From IMG/VR virus record IMGVR_UViG_3300032247_000044, positions 1 through 35,693 of that record: a stretch of 35,693 nt of DNA; one strand, 5' to 3'. Positions 18,130-25,653 of this stretch are shown here, piece by piece. This DNA comes from a virus (taxonomy: Duplodnaviria > Caudoviricetes). How positions within the stretch are numbered: the first letter of the stretch is position 1; each line of letters opens with the position of its first letter. The notes beneath the pieces are model-generated. The model saw nothing but the letters and a program-made list of their open reading frames with translations, did not search any database and had not been told where the DNA came from. The position numbers and the translations under genes are program-made.

Positions 18130-18423
18130 ATGGCGCTACGAGAGACAAGCAACGAAGACCGGGAATACTCAGGCTGGAAAAATTACGCCAGCTGGAATGT
18201 AATGTTGTGGATAGATAACGACTATTCAACCTACCAAGCGGCCGTCTCGTTTATGAAAGATTACAAAGGCAAGCGACCTTACATAGATTTCTGCCGGGAT
18301 TCAGGATTAGACACGCAAGCAACGCCTGACCGCATTAAATGGATTTCTGCTAAATTGGATTATGAAGCGCTAAACTCGGCAATGTGGGAAATGGCACCCG
18401 AAGGAGCAAGGAAAATCCAATGA
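18130..18423 (+). CDS. Conserved phage hypothetical protein
   Basis: YSGWKNYASWNVMLWIDND...TPD..KW motif. Confidence 0.6.
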   Translation: MALRETSNEDREYSGWKNYASWNVMLWIDNDYSTYQAAVSFMKDYKGKRPYIDFCRDSGLDTQATPDRIKWISAKLDYEALNSAMWEMAPEGARKIQ

Positions 18424-18653
18424 CCGAGTACGACCCGCAAGTAAGAGATTTTATGAAGACGGCAGCGCAGCTGCTACGCAAAGGCGCAAGGAAAAAAGAC
18501 CCGGCGCTAATGTGGGCTATCTTGGTAAATCTCGACGGGGTCATGGAATCATTTATTGCGGCAGCTGAGGAGCAATACCTCGTCACAAAACTAAATAAAG
18601 AAATCGAACAGCGCGAAAAACAAGAAACCCGATTTACTCGAATCGAGCGTTAA
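18420..18653 (+). CDS. Hypothetical protein
   Basis: AAGGA RBS; ATGA overlap. Confidence 0.55.
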   Translation: MTEYDPQVRDFMKTAAQLLRKGARKKDPALMWAILVNLDGVMESFIAAAEEQYLVTKLNKEIEQREKQETRFTRIER

Positions 18654-18766
18654 AGAGGCCGCATACCTCTAAGTTTGGTCATGATGGCTGTCCTAACCTC
18701 AGCCTAGCCAATACTGCGCTCCCGGTTAGCCTCCGGGTCTTTCACCTTTCTACCGGAGGCAAAACC
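18654..18766. ncRNA. Structured intergenic element (candidate small RNA or terminator complex)
   Basis: Three hairpins: AGAGG/CCTCT, GGCTG/CAGCC, GCCTCCGG/CCGGAGGC; two have pyrimidine-rich loops. Confidence 0.35.
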
Positions 18767-18823
18767 CTAATTACGGATACAATTAACTCACTATTCGCTA
18801 TCACCAATCAAAGGGGAACGAAA

Positions 18824-18934
18824 ATGAATAGCAACGACAAAATGATTAGCCGAAAGAATTGCGCCTACGGCGCTTGGCATTACGGAGAGCAACTCTGCGG
18901 AGTCTGCGCGAAAGAGGCAAAGGCCTCCGTATAA
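18824..18934 (+). CDS. 36-aa Cys/His peptide (not in ORF track)
   Basis: AAAGGGG RBS; MNSNDKMISRKNCAYGAWHYGEQLCGVCAKEAKASV. Confidence 0.5.
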   Translation: MNSNDKMISRKNCAYGAWHYGEQLCGVCAKEAKASV

Positions 18935-19356
18935 GCGTTAAACGCGGAATCCTTGTAACAGCCATCTTGGTAGGATTTTGCAACACCATCTCAGTACCAG
19001 CTGCAACGCCGCTTATGATGACTATTGAGATGAAAGCGCAAGTGCACCCAAAACTCTACGCCTACTCTAAAGTAATGCGTCAATGGGGAAGCAAACGCGA
19101 ATACAACTGCCTAGTGCAACTGTGGGAACACGAAAGCCATTGGAACCCAAAAGCACATAACAAAGGCTCCGGCGCATTCGGGATTGCTCAATTCCTGCCT
19201 CAGACATGGTCTAATTACAATTACCCATACAAGCCAAAAGAGGCTACTATTCAGATTACGGCCGGATTGCGTTACATTACTAAGCGCTACGGCTCTCCAT
19301 GTAAGGCTTGGGGATTTTGGCAAAGAAATGCCAAAAGGGGAAATGCTTGGTATTAG
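18859..19356 (+). CDS. Lytic transglycosylase (SLT-like) with signal/anchor; start uncertain
   Basis: LWEHESHWNP (catalytic Glu), SGAFGIAQ, QI.AGLRYI..RYGSPC.AW...WY. Confidence 0.85.
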   Translation: MRLRRLALRRATLRSLRERGKGLRISVKRGILVTAILVGFCNTISVPAATPLMMTIEMKAQVHPKLYAYSKVMRQWGSKREYNCLVQLWEHESHWNPKAHNKGSGAFGIAQFLPQTWSNYNYPYKPKEATIQITAGLRYITKRYGSPCKAWGFWQRNAKRGNAWY

Positions 19357-19368
19357 CAAGGAGCAGCA

Positions 19369-19701
19369 ATGGACAAAGCGTTGGTCAAGATTGTCCAAGA
19401 GAGAGCTGCAAATTATTGCGAAGTATGCGGCGGCGCGGCCGAAGATAGCATGGCGCTACACCATAGAAAATTAAAATCAAGAGGAGGCAAAGACACAGCT
19501 GCAAACCTAATCAGCGTTCACCATAAGTGCCATAACCTCGGCACGAAAAGTATCCACCTGAACCCGGAATGGGCTGAAAACAAAGGCTACATGGTCGCAA
19601 GCTGGCAAGAGCCGCAGGAAGTACCTATAAGTTTGCCTGACGGCGGATTCGCATTACTATTAGACGACGGAACAAAGAAAAGACTAGGAGAAGGCAAATG
19701 A
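19369..19701 (+). CDS. HNH endonuclease
   Basis: CEVCG...LHHRK.KSRGG....NL...H..CH. Confidence 0.85.
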   Translation: MDKALVKIVQERAANYCEVCGGAAEDSMALHHRKLKSRGGKDTAANLISVHHKCHNLGTKSIHLNPEWAENKGYMVASWQEPQEVPISLPDGGFALLLDDGTKKRLGEGK

Positions 19702-20063
19702 GCATAAATCAAATCACCATCGAAGGTAATGTGGGAAGCGAACCGGAGCGTAAATTCACGCAAGATGAAACTCTAGTTACATTCTCACTCGCACATACAC
19801 CTTGGTCAAAGGCTAAAGGAGAAGGCGAAACAATTTGGTTCCGCGTTACATTTTGGGAGCGCAAAGCAGATTCCGTTATGGATAATGTGAATAAAGGCGA
19901 CAAGATATTGGTACAGGGAACATTAAAACAATCAACCTACACAAACAAAGAAGGCGAGACTAAAACATCGCTTGACATTACGGGTAGCCATTTCTCAATT
20001 ATGCCGCGCACCGGCAAGAGCCAAGCTGCGGTAGCGTCAGTAACGGAGGCAGCACCTTGGTAA
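19698..20063 (+). CDS. ssb: Single-stranded DNA-binding protein
   Basis: NQITIEGNVGSEPE...FSLA...WFRVTFW...KGDKILVQG.L; C-terminal APW. Confidence 0.92.
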   Translation: MSINQITIEGNVGSEPERKFTQDETLVTFSLAHTPWSKAKGEGETIWFRVTFWERKADSVMDNVNKGDKILVQGTLKQSTYTNKEGETKTSLDITGSHFSIMPRTGKSQAAVASVTEAAPW

Positions 20064-20257
20064 TACAAGAGTTTGTATTAACGGAAATGTCCTCGCAAGA
20101 AGTCGCGGATTACCTCGGAATTACTATTAACAATCTCCGACAGATTCAGCACCGAAAAACGCTGGCATGGAAGAGACGAGAATGGCGTAATGTGTATTAC
20201 GACCGAGCCGAAGTAGAGGCGTACAAAATCAAGCGCGAGGAGCGCAAGCACCGCTAA
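20057..20257 (+). CDS. Excisionase/MerR-like HTH DNA-binding protein
   Basis: GGAGG 7 nt before TTG; MSSQEVADYLGITINNLRQ...YYDRAEVEAY. Confidence 0.75.
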   Translation: MVIQEFVLTEMSSQEVADYLGITINNLRQIQHRKTLAWKRREWRNVYYDRAEVEAYKIKREERKHR

Positions 20258-20267
20258 TCTATGGGGC

Positions 20268-20516
20268 ATGGCTCTCAATACCGAAGAGGCCTCCGTCACC
20301 GACATCGACGAGGCCATGCGCCACATACAAAGTATGCTGGCGATACCCGGCATTGAAAAAACCCGGCGCAACTTGTTACTCGAAAGCCTAGATGATTTAT
20401 TAGACGCGCGTCTTGAAATTACGCAGCACGAACAATTCTTGCTAGAATTACAAACGGAGGCCGATAATGGAAATCAAAGAAGTAGCGTTGATAACGCTAA
20501 AGCCATACCCGAATAA
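20268..20516 (+). CDS. Hypothetical protein
   Basis: DIDEA.......LLESLDDLLDARL helical motif. Confidence 0.55.
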   Translation: MALNTEEASVTDIDEAMRHIQSMLAIPGIEKTRRNLLLESLDDLLDARLEITQHEQFLLELQTEADNGNQRSSVDNAKAIPE

Positions 20517-21078
20517 TCCGCGCAAAGGCAACATTGACTTAATTGCCAAAAGCCTAGAAACCTATGGGCAATACAAGCCAATTACAATCAACAAGCGGAC
20601 AAATGAAATCCTAGCCGGTAATCATACTTACGAAGCGGCTAAGAAATTAGGCTGGACAACAATACAAGCGACATACATTGACGCTGACGAAAACACAGCT
20701 GCAAAAATTGTGTTGATGGACAATAAGACCAGCGACGCAGGAGGATACGACGACGCTCAACTGCTCGGATTATTAGATTCATTGGGCGACCTAGACGCAA
20801 CCGGATACACAGACAAAGATTTACAAGAGCTGCAAGAATTATACGATTCACCGGAACCGGAATTAAAAAATACAGTAATGGGTAAAACGCTGGCGGATTG
20901 GCAAGAGACATTAGGGCAGCGCACTACAAGAATTATTATGTTCGATTACGACAAGCCTAGATACATGTGGGTGGCGGAAAAACTCGAACAATTTAGGAAT
21001 GAAAACGACATCGGCACAAACACCGAAGCGCTAATACGGCTTATTGAAAAGATTTCAGGAGAAGGAGCGCCGGCATGA
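20467..21078 (+). CDS. ParB/Srx-fold protein 1
   Basis: LKPYPNNPRKGNI..IAKSL..YGQYKPI...ILAGNHT..AA..LGW...DN motifs. Confidence 0.85.
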   Translation: MEIKEVALITLKPYPNNPRKGNIDLIAKSLETYGQYKPITINKRTNEILAGNHTYEAAKKLGWTTIQATYIDADENTAAKIVLMDNKTSDAGGYDDAQLLGLLDSLGDLDATGYTDKDLQELQELYDSPEPELKNTVMGKTLADWQETLGQRTTRIIMFDYDKPRYMWVAEKLEQFRNENDIGTNTEALIRLIEKISGEGAPA

Positions 21079-21710
21079 ATGCAATATCAGTAGCGATTGA
21101 CGAATTAAAGCCATACCCAAACAACCCACGCAGGGGAAATATTAAACTCATAGCAGAGTCATTAGCGGAATACGGCCAATACAAGCCAATAATTGTCAAT
21201 AAGTACAATAATCAAATACTAGTTGGTAATCACACGCACGCAGCTGCAAAATCTTTAGGCTGGAAAGAAATCGAAGTCTCTTACATCGAAATAGACGAAG
21301 AAACCGCAGCAAAGATTGTGTTAGTAGACAATAGAACCGGCGACCTAAGCGCATACGACAATAACGCGCTATTAAAATTACTCGAACGACTCAACGACCT
21401 TGAACATACGGGCTACGGCGATGATGAATACGATGATGTGTTGGCTAGAATTGAAGAAGAGAAAACGCCAAAAGTAATTGACGAATTGGCTAAAAACGGG
21501 CAGCAAGAGATTGCCTCACAAATAGCCGGATTAGCAGAGCGGTACAAGGCAGTAGACACAAAAGTATTTATGGTGGAATTAGAAAACGCAACATACATTT
21601 GGACTATTGAGCAATTAGGTAAATACCGGCTCAAAACAGGAGCGCTTAGCAACTCTGACGCGCTGGTAAAATTACTGGAAGAAAACTACGGCGAAAAGGC
21701 TCCGGAATGA
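21075..21710 (+). CDS. ParB/Srx-fold protein 2 (paralog)
   Basis: LKPYPNNPRRGNI..IAESL..YGQYKPI...ILVGNHT; full-length similarity to protein 1. Confidence 0.85.
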   Translation: MNAISVAIDELKPYPNNPRRGNIKLIAESLAEYGQYKPIIVNKYNNQILVGNHTHAAAKSLGWKEIEVSYIEIDEETAAKIVLVDNRTGDLSAYDNNALLKLLERLNDLEHTGYGDDEYDDVLARIEEEKTPKVIDELAKNGQQEIASQIAGLAERYKAVDTKVFMVELENATYIWTIEQLGKYRLKTGALSNSDALVKLLEENYGEKAPE

Positions 21711-22570
21711 AACTATCAGAATTACCTGTAATTAGAGTTAAGCGCGTAATCGGCGCAGAGGAAGCAACGGAATTAGTCGGCAAAACTGTACCTGACCTCG
21801 AACCGAATTGCCGCACAGCTGCATTGTTCATTGACGACGAAACCGAAGAGCCAATCCTCGCGTACATGCCAATGGAAGACGAAGTAAATCTATTGCGCGC
21901 GTCGGTACTCTCTATTAAATACGGAACTACAAAACGAGCAAGCACAGGAATGGAAAATCAATCCCGGACTTTCGGCATGGCTCCGCGCAAAGTATTTCAA
22001 CGCCGGGAGAGCTGCCGAACTACAACGCTGGCTAATGAACAACCCGAAGAGCATGCAGTATTAGTAGCGTTCGCAAAGAAATTCGGAGAAATGTTTAAGG
22101 AATTCGCACCGCACTTATTCGAGGCCGATGCGGAAGTATTAGAAAAAAGCGGAATCAGCAACGAATGGAAAATGACCGACGACGCATTATGGACAAGCGG
22201 AGTCATTAACCGAGCGTCTACGCTGCCATACCATCGAGACGGATTTAATTTCGCAACATGGAGCGCGATGCCGGTAGTCCGACGAGACATGAGAGGCGGA
22301 TACCTTAATTTCCCGGAATACGACCTCACTTGCGCGTGCAGAGATGGATGGGTCTTATTCTTCCCCGGCTACAAGTATGTACATGGAGTAACACCAATGC
22401 ACACTACGGCAAAAGACGGATACCGCTATTCAATCGTGTATTACGCACTACGCGGAATGAAAGACTGTTTCACATTCGCAGTAGAGACGGCAAAGGGAGC
22501 AGAAAACCGCACCAAGCGCGAAGAAAAAATGGCGGAAGACCTCAAAAGACCAATGAGCGCATGGGAGTAG
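21707..22570 (+). CDS. TET/JBP-family 2OG-Fe(II) dioxygenase
   Basis: YHRDGFN (HxD), GGYLNFPEY, HGVTP (distal His), RYSIVYY (2OG-binding RxS). Confidence 0.85.
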   Translation: MKLSELPVIRVKRVIGAEEATELVGKTVPDLEPNCRTAALFIDDETEEPILAYMPMEDEVNLLRASVLSIKYGTTKRASTGMENQSRTFGMAPRKVFQRRESCRTTTLANEQPEEHAVLVAFAKKFGEMFKEFAPHLFEADAEVLEKSGISNEWKMTDDALWTSGVINRASTLPYHRDGFNFATWSAMPVVRRDMRGGYLNFPEYDLTCACRDGWVLFFPGYKYVHGVTPMHTTAKDGYRYSIVYYALRGMKDCFTFAVETAKGAENRTKREEKMAEDLKRPMSAWE

Positions 22571-23619
22571 ATTACCGGAAGCCGGAATACAGAGAACAAG
22601 TATTCCAAGATTTCTACGAATTTCACTTGCGCTATCGCTCTCACCCCGGCTGTGTTTATTACCTAATGCCTTACCTGCGCGAAAAACTAAATTGGAACGA
22701 CGAAGAGGCGCTGTGGTTCGCATTCCTAAACGGCAATACACAAAACCCGGTGACCAGCTACATTCTGCATAAGCGATTCCCTAGGCCGGAGCAGCACAAA
22801 GAGTTAATTGCCTTCTACCGAGAGCATTACGCACGCCTAGAATTCGATACTGACCGCAGATACCATAAGAAATCGCTAGAAGACGCGATACAGAGTTACC
22901 TCGGCATGGTGGGAGATTCGCAAAAGGATTTTTGGTACGCGACAGCTGAACAGGGATTTACAATAATGTGGCACACAGCGAGACGAATTGCTACATTCGG
23001 CCGGCTCAGCGCGTTCTCTTACCTCGAATACCTACGAATCATGGGCGTACCATTCGACTGCGACACGCTATTTATCGAGGACATAAGCGGTTCACGCTCG
23101 CATCGCAACGGCCTATGCATAGTGGCTGGGCTAGATAAACACGATTGGCACAAATCTAACCCGGACTTTGACGGGAGATACAGCAACGAATTATTGCAAG
23201 GGCTGATTGTTAAAGGCGAAGAATTGCTAATACAGGCTAAAAACAGAGCAAAAGGAAAAGCATGGGAATACGATGTCTCATACTTCACTCTAGAATCTAC
23301 ACTCTGCACATACAAGAGCTGGCACAGACCAAACCGGCGCTACCCAAATGTGTATAACGACATGCTGGCCGGAAGAATTAAGAAAAACGAAGAAAATTGG
23401 CCGGAGGAAGATTTAAGTATCTTTTGGGAAGCAAGGCGCGATTGCCTACCGGAACACCTGCGTATTGAAGATAACCCTAACGACCTAGGGCTGCACCCAA
23501 TTAAACAAAATCATTATCGCTCAACCGGCCAAGTCATTATGATGGACAAGGAATACCCGGAGTACGCTAACGATTACAATGACGCAGTAGACGAAGGCAC
23601 AATTAAGGAATGGCTATGA
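22561..23619 (+). CDS. Amino acid:DNA transferase (aGPT-Pplase2/AADT, HhH-glycosylase-like fold)
   Basis: W.AFLNG.TQN, FDTDRRY.K, FGRLSAFSYLEY, SRSHRNGL, FTLESTLCTYK, RRYPNVY.D motifs; start moved to ATG 22561. Confidence 0.8.
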   Translation: MGVDYRKPEYREQVFQDFYEFHLRYRSHPGCVYYLMPYLREKLNWNDEEALWFAFLNGNTQNPVTSYILHKRFPRPEQHKELIAFYREHYARLEFDTDRRYHKKSLEDAIQSYLGMVGDSQKDFWYATAEQGFTIMWHTARRIATFGRLSAFSYLEYLRIMGVPFDCDTLFIEDISGSRSHRNGLCIVAGLDKHDWHKSNPDFDGRYSNELLQGLIVKGEELLIQAKNRAKGKAWEYDVSYFTLESTLCTYKSWHRPNRRYPNVYNDMLAGRIKKNEENWPEEDLSIFWEARRDCLPEHLRIEDNPNDLGLHPIKQNHYRSTGQVIMMDKEYPEYANDYNDAVDEGTIKEWL

Positions 23620-24653
23620 CTAACTCAATCTTTCCAGTATTGGGAATTAACCGAGACAAGGTCAAGTGGGAAGACCACATGTACGACCTAACGCCGGTGG
23701 AATTACGCGACGGAATACATTGGAAGAGAGAAGACTATTTCGCACCTCTAGGCTACGGCGGAATCAACGGAAGCAAGCTGCGCCAGTTGCTACACCTGAT
23801 TAGCAAACTAGACGCACCGGGAATTATTACGGGAGCAAGCGTGCTTAGTCCTCAACTCAGCATGGGAGCGCTAGTGGCCAAGCATTACGGCCTACCGATT
23901 ACCTGCGTATTGGGCGGAACAAAACCGGAAAGCGCAATTAAGCACGAAAATGTCGCTATCGCTCAGGAAGCCGGAGCAGAGTTTGTATTCGGCAAAGTGG
24001 CATACAATCCCGGCATACAAAGTAATGTAACGAAATTGTTATCATTCCCGGAGTACGAAGGCTACTACCGATTGAATTACGGAATTACAGTTCCGGATAA
24101 CGCGGAAGACGACGAAGTACGGGCATTCCACGAAGTAGGCGCGTATCAGGTACAAAACATTCCCGACGAAGTAACGCACCTAGCCATGACCGCAGGAAGC
24201 TGCAACAGCTGCGTAAGCGTTCTATACGGCCTCGCCAAATACAAAACAAACATTAAGAAGGTAACGCTATTCGGGATTGGTCCTACACGCCTAAGAATGA
24301 TTGAAGAGCGCTTAGCAAAGATTGAACGGGCAACGGGATTAGTAATCCGAGACAAGTATCGCCGGCGCTACATGCACCATAAAGACCTAGAGGCGGAACA
24401 TCAGACTGACGGGCAGATAGTCCTAATGCATTACGACCTACACGCGACTAAATTCAGCGCGTACACAGACAAAATGCCATTCAAGAAAAGCGGAATTGAC
24501 TTTCACCCTACATACGAAGGCAAAGCGCTCAATTACATGGAGAAGAATGCAGGGGCATTTGACTGGTATCACAATCCTGACGGCAAGACATTATTTTGGA
24601 TAGTTGGAAGCGAACCTAAACGGGAGGCAATGAAATGGACACTATCTACCTAA
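23616..24653 (+). CDS. PLP-dependent enzyme (fold type II), putative DNA-amino acid decarboxylase
   Basis: LTPVE....WKREDY......NGSKLRQ (PLP Lys), SPQ, QVQNIP, GSCNS, HPTYEGK, LFWIVG. Confidence 0.8.
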   Translation: MTNSIFPVLGINRDKVKWEDHMYDLTPVELRDGIHWKREDYFAPLGYGGINGSKLRQLLHLISKLDAPGIITGASVLSPQLSMGALVAKHYGLPITCVLGGTKPESAIKHENVAIAQEAGAEFVFGKVAYNPGIQSNVTKLLSFPEYEGYYRLNYGITVPDNAEDDEVRAFHEVGAYQVQNIPDEVTHLAMTAGSCNSCVSVLYGLAKYKTNIKKVTLFGIGPTRLRMIEERLAKIERATGLVIRDKYRRRYMHHKDLEAEHQTDGQIVLMHYDLHATKFSAYTDKMPFKKSGIDFHPTYEGKALNYMEKNAGAFDWYHNPDGKTLFWIVGSEPKREAMKWTLST

Positions 24654-25186
24654 TAGGGCAGCCGGGAAGCGGCAAAACAACCTTGACTAGGGAGTTCCAA
24701 AAGGATTGGGCGAAGATTAACCTCTACGACAAGCCATTTAAGTACCAAGAGTACGAAGCGCCTATGCTCGGAAAGGTCTACTCATTAGGCTGGGATAGAG
24801 AACACTTCGGAGGAACCGACACGCTAGGCAATACTGTAATTACACACATGAGCGGGTTCTACAAAAGCGCACATGAAGACGGAGCGACAATTTACGGAGA
24901 AGGCGACAGATTAGCGAGCGCAAGATTCTTCGACCTAGCCCGGCTATACGGAAAGTTGCACCTGTTCTACCTAACGACCAGCGACGAAGAAGCAGAGCGC
25001 CGGAGAGCTGCACGAAGCCAAGAAACCGGGAAAGCACAAAACCCATCATGGGCTAAAGGAAGAGCAACGAAGCACCGCAACCTCGCTAACGAATTCAACG
25101 CAATTCACTTACCCGGAGATAAGTCACCTAGCCAAATTACAGAGATTATGGCAGACTACTTATCTAAAGGAAAAGGAAACGCATGA
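24635..25186 (+). CDS. P-loop nucleotide/DNA kinase
   Basis: Walker A GQPGSGKT; FGGTDTL, EGDRL, RRAAR lid; context of base-modification operon. Confidence 0.78.
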   Translation: MDTIYLIGQPGSGKTTLTREFQKDWAKINLYDKPFKYQEYEAPMLGKVYSLGWDREHFGGTDTLGNTVITHMSGFYKSAHEDGATIYGEGDRLASARFFDLARLYGKLHLFYLTTSDEEAERRRAARSQETGKAQNPSWAKGRATKHRNLANEFNAIHLPGDKSPSQITEIMADYLSKGKGNA

Positions 25187-25653
25187 GCAGGAAAAAAGCA
25201 CCATCACCGGCGGTCTTGGATAAGGAAATCAAGATTATTGAACTACGCAGAGCCGGCGTAACATGGGAAAAGATTGCGCAGGAAGTCGGGTTCCGGAACG
25301 CTAGTGGCGCTTACAAGATGTATCAGAGGGCGGCAGAGCGCATGGTACGGCCGCACCTAGAGGAATACCGCGACATGCAGTTAGACCGGCTAGAGCGTAT
25401 GCACATGGCTGTTTGGCCTAGAGCGAAAGACGGCGACCTACGGGCGATCGATACAGCGCTGAGGATTGCAGACAGAGAAGCGAACCTATTAAATCTAAAC
25501 GCACCAATTAAGGTACAAGCGGAGGTAACAGTCTATGAGGGTCAGCAACTCGTTGAACACACAGCCCGAATTATTGAACTCATTAGACAATCTCGCGGCG
25601 AGACGGGCAACATGGGAGGCAATACTAGCGAGACCAGAGCAATTACCGACTAA
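25183..25653 (+). CDS. terS: Terminase small subunit
   Basis: HTH ELRRAGVTWEKIAQEVG; LDRLE...W......D..AI...L.I..R...L; precedes TerL. Confidence 0.78.
   Translation: MSRKKAPSPAVLDKEIKIIELRRAGVTWEKIAQEVGFRNASGAYKMYQRAAERMVRPHLEEYRDMQLDRLERMHMAVWPRAKDGDLRAIDTALRIADREANLLNLNAPIKVQAEVTVYEGQQLVEHTARIIELIRQSRGETGNMGGNTSETRAITD

Noticed and set aside
18654-18800. tRNA gene in the largest mid-genome gap
   Set aside because: No cloverleaf, T-loop GTTCRA or acceptor stem could be built
19369-19701. HNH as a mobile intron or homing element
   Set aside because: Free-standing, interrupts no gene, and no flanking intron structure is visible
20467-21710. ParABS partition system of a plasmid-prophage
   Set aside because: No ParA, no central HTH, non-canonical GNHT motif, and context is modification/packaging
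22330-22560. N-terminal extension of the AADT ORF in the track (also 2860, 3956, 12841, 13598, 18384, 26971)
   Set aside because: These extensions overlap upstream genes or the repeat array; downstream starts have RBSs or stop-start coupling
23616-24653. Auxiliary metabolic ACC deaminase or cysteine desulfhydrase
   Set aside because: Same fold, but its coupled position between AADT and kinase matches DNA-modifying PLP enzymes
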